From assembly GCA_021813685.1 (NCBI GenBank), contig JAKAJS010000238.1:842-64841 (forward strand): a DNA stretch of 64,000 nucleotides, given 5' to 3'. Both the position numbers and the translations under genes were made by a program. Below the pieces are notes generated by a model. That model was given only the letters and a program-made list of their open reading frames with translations, searched no databases and was not told the DNA's origin. This document shows positions 27,006 to 35,952 of the stretch, one piece after another. The first letter of the stretch is position 1. The number at the start of each line of letters is the position of its first letter. Origin of the DNA: Deltaproteobacteria bacterium. Lineage in GTDB: Bacteria > Desulfobacterota > Syntrophobacteria > Syntrophobacterales > Syntrophobacteraceae.

Positions 27006-28008
27006 GGCGAATATTCAAAGGCTTCACAGCAGTTCCCCGATGCGCAGGTTGAGATTGATCCTCCTGGCAGTGGCCACGGTTTTTCTGCTGGGAATGCTCA
27101 AAGAACTGGGGTGGGCCGATCTTGCCCGGTACTTTCGGAGGGTGGGATATTACTGGCCTTTTCTTCTTGCGCCGTACGGACTCGTCAATTGTCTCCAGGC
27201 TTTTGCCTGGGGATACCTTCTGCCGCACAAGACAAACCGGCCTTCGTTCGGGCGACTCTTTTTACTGCGCCTGGCCGGGGATGCTCTGAACCAGTTGACG
27301 CCGACGGCGAGTGTCGGGGGCGACGCATTCCGAGTGCAAAGCTTGAAGGCCCTGGGCATTCCGTGGGAGGAAGCCACCGCCTCGGTCGTGATTCAAAAAG
27401 GCATCCTTGTCCTGAGCCTCGTTCTATACGTGATTTTGGGTTTGGTCCTCTCCGTCGCCATGCATGCCCTGGAGGCTTCCCGCCTGAGCTTGCTCGTACC
27501 GGCCGTCCTGATCCTGGGCGCCGGAGGTCTAGGGTTTCTCCTCGTGCAAAACCGGGGATTTTGCGTCCGGGCCGTTCGCCTTCTCGAAAAATTCGGTTTG
27601 TGCCCGGCAATGCTTAAGGCCAGGGAACAAGAGCTCGCATTGTTGGATTCGTGCCTGGCCGCTTTCTATAGAGAACATCGCGCTCGTTGCCTTTTTGCGT
27701 TTGTGCTCTTCTGCCTGGCGTGGTTGGTTCACGGCATCGAGGTCTACGTGATTTTCCGTCTCCTGGGTCATCCCATCGATTGGGGACTGGCCCTTTCCCT
27801 GGATGCACTGGTGACGCTCGGTGCCGCCTTGGGTTTTATGATTCCGGCCTCCGTGGGAGTACAGGACGGTTGTGCCATCCTGCTTTCTTTCGGATTTAAC
27901 CTGGGGGCTACGCTGGGAGCGGCTTTCAGCGTCATACGGCGCCTCCGGGAGGCCTTCTGGCTCTCTTTGGGCCTTCTGGTCGCAGCCCGGACGAGACCGC
28001 CCCGGTGA
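26992..28008 (+). CDS. Flippase-like membrane protein (LPG-synthase TM region / UPF0104 family)
   Basis: About 8 TM segments. 'FAWGYLL', 'RLFLLRLAGDALNQLTP...GGDAFRV' and 'IPASVGVQDG' are characteristic of the family. It overlaps the sulfotransferase 3' end; the start could be 26983, 26992 or 27040. Confidence 0.7.
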   Translation: MAIDKANIQRLHSSSPMRRLRLILLAVATVFLLGMLKELGWADLARYFRRVGYYWPFLLAPYGLVNCLQAFAWGYLLPHKTNRPSFGRLFLLRLAGDALNQLTPTASVGGDAFRVQSLKALGIPWEEATASVVIQKGILVLSLVLYVILGLVLSVAMHALEASRLSLLVPAVLILGAGGLGFLLVQNRGFCVRAVRLLEKFGLCPAMLKAREQELALLDSCLAAFYREHRARCLFAFVLFCLAWLVHGIEVYVIFRLLGHPIDWGLALSLDALVTLGAALGFMIPASVGVQDGCAILLSFGFNLGATLGAAFSVIRRLREAFWLSLGLLVAARTRPPR

Positions 28009-28055
28009 GAAGCCAGTCGGCTCTTGTGCCGCATCAGGGTCGAACCCGAGCGGCC

Positions 28056-29375
28056 TTAGTAACGGTCGAAATTCTCCATTGCGTCGTTGCCGCGTGAGGT
28101 CCTTCTCTGTGCGAGATTTACCATCCAGGATGCCATATCGGATTGGCTCCGGGGAAAAGGGAGGCGCGAAAAGATCGATCTGAGACTGTAGAATTCGTGA
28201 TAGAGCCTCTTTACGTTCCTTTCAAGTTGTTCGGGCGAACAATGTTTGGGCATGAAATGGCAGGTGATTTCCGGCCATCTGCCTACATTGCCGGAGTCGA
28301 CGAGGCGGTTTTCTTCTTGCATGCGCTCATAGAAGGGAGTGCCTATATGGGGGGTGAGGATATTGAAATAGGCGACAGGCACCTTGTTGTGCCTGAGGAA
28401 AGCGAGGGTGCTGTCATAGATGCTTTTGTCCTCCGAATCATAACCGAACACAAAATTCAGCGAATAACTGATCCCTCTCTTGTGCAGGTTTTTAAGTATT
28501 TCCTCATAATGCTTGACTCTATTTGCTTTTTTGTTCATGCCGGACAGAGTCGCCTGGTCTATGCTTTCGATCCCGATATTAACGTGAAGAAGCCCGCTTC
28601 GTTTTGCGAGGTCCATGAACTTTTCGTTCCGGCAGAGATTTGAGGACCACAGGGTGGACCAGTGTATGCCAAGAGGAGCAAGTGCCTCCATGAGTTCTAT
28701 CGCATGAGATTTTTTGCCCGCAAAGGTGCTGTCGGCAAAAAAGAAGTACTTGCCTCCAATTCCCTTTATTTCGTCGATAACATCCTTAACCGGTCGATAG
28801 CGGTAGGTTTTGCCGAGAAAGAAACGTTCGGAACAAAAGTCGCACCTGAAAGGGCATCCCCGTGAGGTCTGGACCGCAAAGGTTTTGACGGGACCATAAT
28901 TTCGTAAGTCGAGAAGTTCATGGCGCGGAAAGGGCAGAGCCTCCAGATTGTGATACCCCTGCGCCCGGTAGAGTTTGCGAAGCCGCCCCTTTGCAGCGTC
29001 TTCGAGCATCGTGCGCCAGATATCCTCCCCTTCTCCCACTCCTACCGCATCGCAATGTTCGGCGGCTTCGTCCGAGTAAAAATAGACGTGTGGACCGCCC
29101 ATGATGACAGGGACGCCCATCGCCCTGTATCGGTCGGCTATTTCATAGGCTGCAAACGAATTGATTGTCCATGTGGTTATCGCAACCAGGTCCACACGAG
29201 CTCTATAATCGATCTCGGTCAACTGCTGGTCGATCAGCGTCACTTCCCAGTCAGGAGGAGTTAAGGCGGCGAGATAAGGCAGGGTCAATCCGACAAGGCT
29301 TCTTTTTCTTGATTGGTAAAGCGTTCGATTCGACCTGCCCCTGTAATGACTCGGTTGGATGATGGACAATTTCAT
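28056..29375 (-). CDS. B12-binding-domain radical SAM protein
   Basis: 439 aa. The N-terminal flavodoxin-like B12 domain has 'DLVAITTWT' and 'VIMGGPH'. Radical SAM cluster motif 'TSRGCPFRCDFCS'. Confidence 0.88.
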   Translation of the reverse strand: MKLSIIQPSHYRGRSNRTLYQSRKRSLVGLTLPYLAALTPPDWEVTLIDQQLTEIDYRARVDLVAITTWTINSFAAYEIADRYRAMGVPVIMGGPHVYFYSDEAAEHCDAVGVGEGEDIWRTMLEDAAKGRLRKLYRAQGYHNLEALPFPRHELLDLRNYGPVKTFAVQTSRGCPFRCDFCSERFFLGKTYRYRPVKDVIDEIKGIGGKYFFFADSTFAGKKSHAIELMEALAPLGIHWSTLWSSNLCRNEKFMDLAKRSGLLHVNIGIESIDQATLSGMNKKANRVKHYEEILKNLHKRGISYSLNFVFGYDSEDKSIYDSTLAFLRHNKVPVAYFNILTPHIGTPFYERMQEENRLVDSGNVGRWPEITCHFMPKHCSPEQLERNVKRLYHEFYSLRSIFSRLPFPRSQSDMASWMVNLAQRRTSRGNDAMENFDRY

Positions 29376-29462
29376 AGGGGAAGACCTTTATTCGGGCCAT
29401 GAGCCCTTGACTTCGGAGTGAGTTGCGCGTCGAATGACTCGACGGAAAGAGTGGTATCTACT

Positions 29463-29491
29463 TTGTGAAATGATAAATATTGAGGTATATT
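29463..29491 (+). promoter_or_regulatory. Candidate sigma-70 promoter upstream of the response regulator
   Basis: TTGTGA-n17-TATATT in an AT-rich stretch about 160 nt upstream of the ATG at 29653. Sequence pattern only. Confidence 0.3.
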
Positions 29492-29652
29492 AATTCAAGT
29501 TGGGACGGTTTCAGCGCCTCGTTTTTGGTCCCGTCCTCCGCGGTCTCAATCCGTTTTTCCTGGAAACAAAGGGGCGTTTTCCTGTTTATTTTCCCTACAG
29601 CTTTGGTATGATTTTACCGACCCCGTTGACTCCGCTGAAAAGGCTTTTTCCC

Positions 29653-30327
29653 ATGCGAATACTGCTGGTCGAAGACGATGCGAAGATTGCCGCCATTATA
29701 ACAAACGGGCTGAAACAGGCCGGCTTCGTCGTCGATCATGCCGCCGATGGTTCGACTGGACTGGACTTCGCAGTAACCGGTGCCTATAAACCTGCAATAA
29801 TTGACATAATGCTTCCCCAAATGGATGGCCTCAGCCTGATCGAGGAGCTCAGGAGCCAGAATATTTCCACTCCGGTAATCATTTTGAGCGCCAAAAAATC
29901 CGTTAACGATCGGGTTCGGGGGCTTCAGACCGGGAGCGACGATTACCTCACCAAACCTTTTGCCTTCGCAGAGCTCCTCGCCCGCGTACAAGCTCTCGTA
30001 AGAAGGGGTGCGACTCCGGTTCAGCCGAGCCGCATCAGCGTCGGAGACCTCACCCTCGACCCCGTCAGCCGGGAAGTCTCGCGAGCAGGCGTTCCCATCG
30101 ATCTCCAGCCAAGGGAATTCACCCTGCTCGAATATTTCATGCGCAACTCCGGACGAGTAGTCTCCAAAACCCTGGTCCTGGACCAGGTATGGGACTATAA
30201 ATTCGACCCGCACACCAACTCGGTCGATGTACTCGTCTGCCGCTTGCGAAACAAGGTGGACAAGGGATTTGAAAAAAAGATGCTCCACACCATCCGGGGC
30301 GTCGGATACATTTTGAAGAAACCGTGA
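29653..30327 (+). CDS. OmpR-family response regulator, CusR/CopR-like (heavy-metal type)
   Basis: ATG at 29653 gives 'MRILLVEDDAKIA'. Receiver Asp in 'AIIDIMLPQMDG'. 'DDYLTKPF'. Winged-helix C-terminus 'LHTIRGVGYILKKP'. The ORF-track start at 29500 adds 51 unlikely codons. Confidence 0.9.
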   Translation: MRILLVEDDAKIAAIITNGLKQAGFVVDHAADGSTGLDFAVTGAYKPAIIDIMLPQMDGLSLIEELRSQNISTPVIILSAKKSVNDRVRGLQTGSDDYLTKPFAFAELLARVQALVRRGATPVQPSRISVGDLTLDPVSREVSRAGVPIDLQPREFTLLEYFMRNSGRVVSKTLVLDQVWDYKFDPHTNSVDVLVCRLRNKVDKGFEKKMLHTIRGVGYILKKP

Positions 30328-30539
30328 TTTGTGCGGAGTTTTTGGAATCCGCACCCGCGTCTTCCTGCATGCCGCTGAAGAAATTGCTTCCCGAGCCATT
30401 GTCGAAAAGGAGGAACCGCTGATTCAGCCAAATACGGATGAGCACCCAATCCACTGTGGGCAAATTGTTCCGGGATATTCTCAAACAATTTGATTTTTTG
30501 CTTCGAGTTTAGCGGTTCTTTCTCTTCAATTGTATGCCA

Positions 30540-31021
30540 GATGACTTCCCGCTCGAGCTCCTCCGGTAGCCACCTGAGGTTTTCCCCGACTATGACGCGG
30601 TCCCCCAGACCTATACCGGCAATTATCTCCACTGTTTGCCGTCTTGCCGCACGAGCCCCACCTGCGGCCCATCCGCCCGAAACATCAGAGTCTTGGCGGG
30701 TATAGTCAGAAAGGGAGCTTCTTTGGCCTCGGTAAAGCGTACCTCGGCATACCCCCCGGCAAGGATTTCGTCTTTCGGGTTTTCCACCTCCCGTTCGACC
30801 AAAAGGGTTCGGGAATCGGCAGAGATCACCCCGGCTGTTCGCACCACCTTTGCTTTGAAGGCTCATCCGGGAAGGTCGGGAAGGCTCATTTCCGCGGATT
30901 GGCCGAATGAGACCGAGCGGGCTACGGTCTGAGGGACCTGCACATACACGCGTAAAGTTTTTGTCTGTGCCAGGTGGAACAGTTCCTTTCCGCCTGACCT
31001 GGTTTTTTTGCTCTTTATCAA
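30540..31021 (-). pseudogene. RND/HlyD-family efflux periplasmic adaptor remnant (C-terminal half only; in-frame TGA and a frameshift)
   Basis: The minus strand reads 'ELFHLAQTKTLRVYVQVPQTVARSVSFGQSAEMSLPDLPG*AFKAKVVRTAGVISADSRTLLVEREVENPKDEILAGGYAEVRF...LTIPAKTLMFRADGPQVGLVRQDGK'. After a frame change near 30630 it continues 'VEIIAGIGLGDRVIVGENL'. The in-frame stop is at 30863..30865. The N-terminal half is absent. Confidence 0.7.
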
Positions 31022-31240
31022 TCAGGGAGCACTCGGGGATAGCGCGGCGCGGCCTCCAAAATCTTTAAGAAGCAATCCTTGGGCTGTGTCCTCCGCTTCC
31101 ATGGCATCGCCGAGAAATCGGTATGCCGTCCTCCAGGCGAGTTTCTGATACAGGAGAACGAGTTCGTTGAACGCATCGAGGTCCCCCAGGGATACTGCCC
31201 GCATGAGTTCTTCATCCGTTGTCTCTTTTACGCTCCCTCT
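31018..31240 (-). pseudogene. ECF (group 4) sigma factor remnant: region 2 start only, frameshifted and truncated
   Basis: 'TTDEELMRAVSLGDLDAFNELVLLYQKLAWRTAYRFLGDAMEAEDTAQ' is followed in another frame by 'DCFLKILEAAPRY'. There is no region 2.3/2.4 or region 4. It abuts the adaptor remnant. Confidence 0.65.
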
Positions 31241-31736
31241 TGGTGTCTCGCGGGGAGGACGGGCATGAAGGTCATTCGAAAACACCGGTTCTCTCTTCTG
31301 CCGCGGCCCCTTGGTTACTCCTTTGCCCCCTGGCGGGGATGTTGTTCCCTGCAATCCTACCTGCTTTCGGGAAAAGGGGTGAGTCCAAAAGACGCGGAAA
31401 TGCTCGGCAATGTGCATCAAAAGCTTCCGAAGCCGGCACATTTTAAAATCGAGGACTACTCCCAGCCAGTATTGCAGCGGCACTTTCCAGGAGGCCAAAG
31501 ACAATTGGGACAGAGAACCACATTCTCAGGCATGAATCGTCGCAGCTCGTTTCGAGTCATCCAATCCATGGGGTATCCTCCGCCAGTCGAGTATTCGCAC
31601 TATGCCTCGCTCCGAACGAATATGATTTTATGAGCTCCTGTACAGAGGTCGGAAACAAGAGGAACGCTTTGATGTGATTGACATAGCTGCCATTAGCCAG
31701 AAACAGTTGACACTGAGAGCTTTCGGCAAAAACAAG

Positions 31737-32063
31737 CTACTGATTCATTCGCGCGCCGGGGCCTTTCCCCATGCCCTTCCCTGTGCAAAATTCCTCCTTC
31801 GTCACGTAACCACGTCCGTTTGTATCCATTGAGGCAAACACCTGTTCGGGATTGTTCCTCCAATGCGGGGCGGCCATGAATTCCGCTTTCGTAAGTTTAC
31901 CGTCATGGTTGGCATCAAGCGCATTGAAGCGTTGCTGGCATCCGTACCTCGGAGGGCCCTGATTCACACTACTCTGACCACCCTGAGTCTGACTGAATGC
32001 CATGCCCGTGACGAAGAAAACCATCGCCAATCCAACTGCCACAGCCAGTCTGAAGCGTTTCAT
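31737..32063 (-). CDS. Secreted EF-hand calcium-binding protein (2 EF loops)
   Basis: ATG at 32063 follows GGAGAGAGG. Signal peptide 'MKRFRLAVAVGLAMVFFVTGMAFS'. EF loops 'DANHDGKLTKAEF' and 'DTNGRGYVTKEEF'. Confidence 0.75.
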   Translation of the reverse strand: MKRFRLAVAVGLAMVFFVTGMAFSQTQGGQSSVNQGPPRYGCQQRFNALDANHDGKLTKAEFMAAPHWRNNPEQVFASMDTNGRGYVTKEEFCTGKGMGKGPGARMNQ

Positions 32064-33185
32064 CCTCTCTCCTTTCTTCTCAGGCGGTTTAGTCCGAAAC
32101 TTGTCCAAAGACGTGTGCCGCTATCCAACATTGTGGGTGATTCTGCACGTAAGAAAAAGCCGAAAGCTCTCAAACAATACCTGCAGAAGATCACACGCAA
32201 AAACTCCAAAATAAAAACCGTGCCGCTCGCAGTCAATCATGCACTGTGTGGGACAGAACTCGGGCTCCGGGCTCGAATCATCGTCCCTAAGAGTTTCACC
32301 GTTTCGCCGCGCTGCCGGCCCCATCCTATCTCGCTCCATTCCCTGGCGCATCATTCCGTCGCCTCGGTCCATCCTCGAGCACGGAAACTATCATCTCCGG
32401 CCGGGTGGTGGGCTAACCTGCTGCTGTGCGTAAAGAAACTGCGGGCCAAAGCTCAATGCCAGAAACAACACCGTTGTGATTGTTAGTATTCTTTTCATGA
32501 CTTATCTCCGACTCGCAGTCATTGCCAGAATTCGTGAACGTCTCCTTTCAATCTGAATAAACGACCGAAAGGGCGAAAACCCCCGCTCGAAAATCTCTTT
32601 CCTTTTTGGGCGCCCGGCAGAGCGCGTTCACTGGGAGGTGTAAGTCCTCAACGGGGCGCCTGGGGGAACTGTTTGCCGGACGGTGAGAGTACCCATCACG
32701 GGGTGGAATCTGCAGGAAGTCGCAGGCAAAACGCCGGCTCTACCAATAGAAATCGCATACGAGGCGGCTATTGCCGAATGAGAAGGCAAATATCTTCTTC
32801 TGCCGGTAAACCCGCAACTCTGTGTTGTGCCTTTCGCTCCGGAACCTGCTCCATGAGATACTCACTCTCGGCGTATAGCGCCACAATTCACCGATTCCAC
32901 GCCCACATTCTCTCGATCAGTTCAAGGCGATATTTTCTGTGACCGCCTCTTTGCATGGACTGCCAGGCACATCGAAGTTTTTTGCTTGTTCCACATTTCA
33001 CACAAACCTTTCCAAAAGTTAATGTTCAGGACAGGCGCCGGTAAGTTTCCGGTCAGGACACGGTAAAGTTTGGCCGGATATAGTGCTGCCTGTAAGCTGG
33101 GGAAGGGAAGGCGGAAGGCGCCTTCGCCTTCAAAAGCCCGGGACAAAGAGCGGCAAGCGGTGCAGTCAAACTTTCATGAGGGGGG

Positions 33186-34046
33186 ATGGGGATGTTTCAC
33201 ATGATTTCACTACCCTGTTTCGGACTGAGTGTGTTGGGGTTGGGCGTGGCGGCTTGCGGCACACTTATCGGCGCGGGTGGTGGGTTCATGCTGATGCCGC
33301 TGCTTCTGCTGCTCTACCCTCACCACAATCCGGGCGAGCTTGCGGCCGTTTCGCTGGGATGCATCCTTCTGAATACTGTCTCGGGCGCCGTTGCGTATGG
33401 CAGGATGGAGCAGGTCGACTATAAGTCCGCACTCCTTTTTTCCACGGTGACCGTACCCGCCGCCGTCCTGGGCGCCCTGGCGACGGCCTGCCTCCCCCGC
33501 CAGGGTTTTGAGGCAATCTTTGCTCTGTTCATCCTGTGTCTGGCACTATTGCTTGTTCTGAATCCCAAAGTGCTCGCCCGCGGAAGGCGAAAGGCAAAAA
33601 GCGAAGATCTCGGCCCTGCCGGTCCGGGGTTGGTGCGGATAGCAAAGTCTGTAAATGGAATCATTTTCGAGTACGACTATCACCGCCTTACGGCAATGGC
33701 GGTTTTTTTCGTTCTGGGCTTCCTTGTCAGCTTCCTTGGCATCGGGGGCGGCAGCCTTATCCTTCCGGCCTTGATCTATCTCATGGATTTCCCTGTATTC
33801 ATCGCCGGGGGCACTACCCAATTGATTGTAGCGGTCGTGTGCCTTGCGGGCACCATCACACACCTCGGCATCGGTTCGATTCACGCATGGGGTTTTAACC
33901 GTATCGCGGCCATTGGAATCGGGATGCTGATTGGTGGGCAACTGGGAGCCTTTCTTTCCAGGAAGATCCGGGGGGCTTGGATCCTGCGCAGCCTGGCGGC
34001 GGCACTCGCGGCGGCGGGAATCAGCATGGTTTTCGCGGTACTGTGA
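33186..34046 (+). CDS. TauE/SafE (TSUP) family anion exporter-like membrane protein
   Basis: 286-aa polytopic protein. 'GAGGGFMLMPLLLL' and the second-half 'LGIGGGSLILPALIYL' are the duplicated TSUP motif. Confidence 0.85.
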   Translation: MGMFHMISLPCFGLSVLGLGVAACGTLIGAGGGFMLMPLLLLLYPHHNPGELAAVSLGCILLNTVSGAVAYGRMEQVDYKSALLFSTVTVPAAVLGALATACLPRQGFEAIFALFILCLALLLVLNPKVLARGRRKAKSEDLGPAGPGLVRIAKSVNGIIFEYDYHRLTAMAVFFVLGFLVSFLGIGGGSLILPALIYLMDFPVFIAGGTTQLIVAVVCLAGTITHLGIGSIHAWGFNRIAAIGIGMLIGGQLGAFLSRKIRGAWILRSLAAALAAAGISMVFAVL

Positions 34047-34074
34047 CAGGGACCGAAAGGAGCGTCGGGGAATC

Positions 34075-34860
34075 ATGCCCATAATCACCATCTCCAGGGG
34101 TTCGTACAGCCACGGAAAGCAGGTGGCCGAGATGCTGAGTGCGAAGCTTGGCTACGAGTGCGTTTCGCGGGAAATAATCCTGAATGCTTCGAAGCATTTC
34201 AACACCCCGGAGATAAAGCTTAAGCGGGCGCTTCACGATGCCCCCTCGAGCCTGGACCGCATCACCTACGGCAAAGACAGGTACATCGCTTTTTTCCAGG
34301 AAGCCTTACTGCGCTATCTGCTGAAAGATAACGTCATCTACCACGGCCTGGCGGGACACTTTTTTGTAAAGGACGTATCGCACGCCCTCAAGGTCAGGAT
34401 CGTTGCCGATCTGGATGAGCGCCTCGCAAACGAAATGGAGCGGGATAACCTCAGCAGAGAGAAAGCGCTGCGCCTTTTAAAGAGCGACGATGAGGAGCGA
34501 AGAAAGTGGAGCCTGGATCTGTACGGAATAGATACCAACGATTCGAGCTGGTACGACTTGATCGTTCATATCGGCACCATGAGCCCGGAAGATGCTGTGG
34601 AGATGATCGCAAAGACGGCCACCCAACCTTCCTTCCAGGCAACCGAGGCATCCCGGAAGGCTATCGAGACCCGGATGCTGGCCGCCCGGGTGCAGGTGCT
34701 TCTCCTGGAAACCATGCCTTCGGCCAAAGTCAGCATCGAAGAGGGTGAAATTGTTGTCTCCGGTGACGGGTACTGGGGGGATGAAAAGAAGCTCATTGCC
34801 ACTGTGGACTGTGAGAAAGCAGGACTTCAACTCAAACTGAGATCATGTAATGCGGGATAG
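34075..34860 (+). CDS. Cytidylate-kinase-like family protein (Cytidylate_kin2-type) with BON-like C-terminal region, paralog 1
   Basis: ATG at 34075 follows AAAGGAG. 'MPIITISRGSYSHGKQVAEMLSAKLGYECVSREII' matches the family N-terminus 'I(T/A)ISR..GSGG..I...LA..LG'. C-terminus 'LAARVQVLLLETMPSAKVSIEEGEIVVSGDGYW'. Confidence 0.75.
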   Translation: MPIITISRGSYSHGKQVAEMLSAKLGYECVSREIILNASKHFNTPEIKLKRALHDAPSSLDRITYGKDRYIAFFQEALLRYLLKDNVIYHGLAGHFFVKDVSHALKVRIVADLDERLANEMERDNLSREKALRLLKSDDEERRKWSLDLYGIDTNDSSWYDLIVHIGTMSPEDAVEMIAKTATQPSFQATEASRKAIETRMLAARVQVLLLETMPSAKVSIEEGEIVVSGDGYWGDEKKLIATVDCEKAGLQLKLRSCNAG

Positions 34861-34925
34861 ACATGCTGAATAATGAATGGAGTGCAGTCGTTCGTTCGTT
34901 AATCAATTCATTCGGAGGTGGAAAG

Positions 34926-35891
34926 ATGGCTCTAAGTTGGATGTTTTTGCTGTCCTGTAGCTTACTCGGGTCTTTCTTATCGAGTCTTTTGGGCATAGGA
35001 GGCGCCATAATCCTTATCCCCATCATTTTATTCTTTCAGAAGAGCGTGCATTTGAACCTGGGAATGCATGGAATCACGGCTCTTACGACTCTTTTCGTCT
35101 TTGTGGCCGGAGTCATCGGGTTTTGGGCCCATGGGAGGCACTATAAGATTGATAAGAAGCTGGTGGTCCTGACCGGCGCCGGTGCATCCATCGGAGCATT
35201 GGCGGGTGGAGTGGTCCAGTTCTATTTGCCGCAGAATATCATTTTAATGACCTTTATCCTGCTGTTGTTCCTTATCGGCAGTATGATGCTCTGGCCGATT
35301 AAAAACGAGAATACGGAAATCCCTCAGTATTCTCTGACTCAAGCGATTCTTGGCTGCATAGCGGGCGGTTTCCTGGCCGGCATGTGCGGCATCGGGGGTG
35401 GCACGATACTGGTTCCGTTCATGATCGTTTTTCTCAGAATCCCCACCCGGGCGGCTATTTCCACAGGTTTGGCCCTGGTGATGCTGGCTGGCTTTTTCGG
35501 GCTGAGCGGACGGTTGGAACACGCTTCCTCGGTTCACTGGATACTTGGCATACCGCTGGTGCTCGGCATACTGCCGGGCAGTCTGTTTGGCACCTTCGTC
35601 AACAAACGCATGCCTACGGCCATTTTGCGCAAGAGCTTCGGGGTGCTGATTCTGGTGCTGGCGGTTGAGCAACTCGCAGGGCATCTGGCGGGTCCCCAGA
35701 AAGAAAAACTGCTTGCTCTTTTGACCTCGAGTTCCCTCACGACTGTGGTGTGGATCGTTTGCCTTGTCAGTATTGCCCTGAACGTGGCCTTGCTGATCCG
35801 GAAGTCGCCCCTTTCCATCGGCAGCTACATTTCCCGGATGAAGGACGTTTTCCCTCGAAAGAGTGAAACTGCTGTCGCAGTCGAAGAGTGA
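34926..35891 (+). CDS. TauE/SafE (TSUP) family membrane protein, second copy
   Basis: ATG at 34926 follows GGAGGTGGAAAG. 'LLGIGGAIILIPIILFF' and 'MCGIGGGTILVPFMIVFL' are present. Confidence 0.85.
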   Translation: MALSWMFLLSCSLLGSFLSSLLGIGGAIILIPIILFFQKSVHLNLGMHGITALTTLFVFVAGVIGFWAHGRHYKIDKKLVVLTGAGASIGALAGGVVQFYLPQNIILMTFILLLFLIGSMMLWPIKNENTEIPQYSLTQAILGCIAGGFLAGMCGIGGGTILVPFMIVFLRIPTRAAISTGLALVMLAGFFGLSGRLEHASSVHWILGIPLVLGILPGSLFGTFVNKRMPTAILRKSFGVLILVLAVEQLAGHLAGPQKEKLLALLTSSSLTTVVWIVCLVSIALNVALLIRKSPLSIGSYISRMKDVFPRKSETAVAVEE

Positions 35892-35952
35892 TTGCAAGGA
35901 TCTTTAGCATTGGGGGTTCGGCAGCGCACACACAACCTGTTCATGAATTCCA

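Noticed and set aside
32121-32498. Minus-strand ORF with a good RBS and signal peptide ('MKRILTITTVLFLALSFGPQFLYA'), followed in frame by TGA-TAG and then an 83-aa ORF.
   Set aside because: It could be a nonsense-disrupted secreted-protein gene. However, the downstream part has no recognisable family and a poor composition, so I cannot support either a CDS or a pseudogene call.
32790-32960. Short minus-strand reading frames ('GGHRKYRLELIERMWAW', 'HNTELRVYRQKK') that faintly resemble a transposase or integrase remnant.
   Set aside because: The similarity is too weak and fragmentary to assert from sequence alone. No inverted repeats or target duplications were seen.
35892-35952. Checked for a fluoride (crcB-motif) riboswitch upstream of the ClC gene.
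   Set aside because: The 60-nt gap has none of the conserved riboswitch segments. The ClC selectivity motif is the chloride-type GREGP(S), not the fluoride-type.
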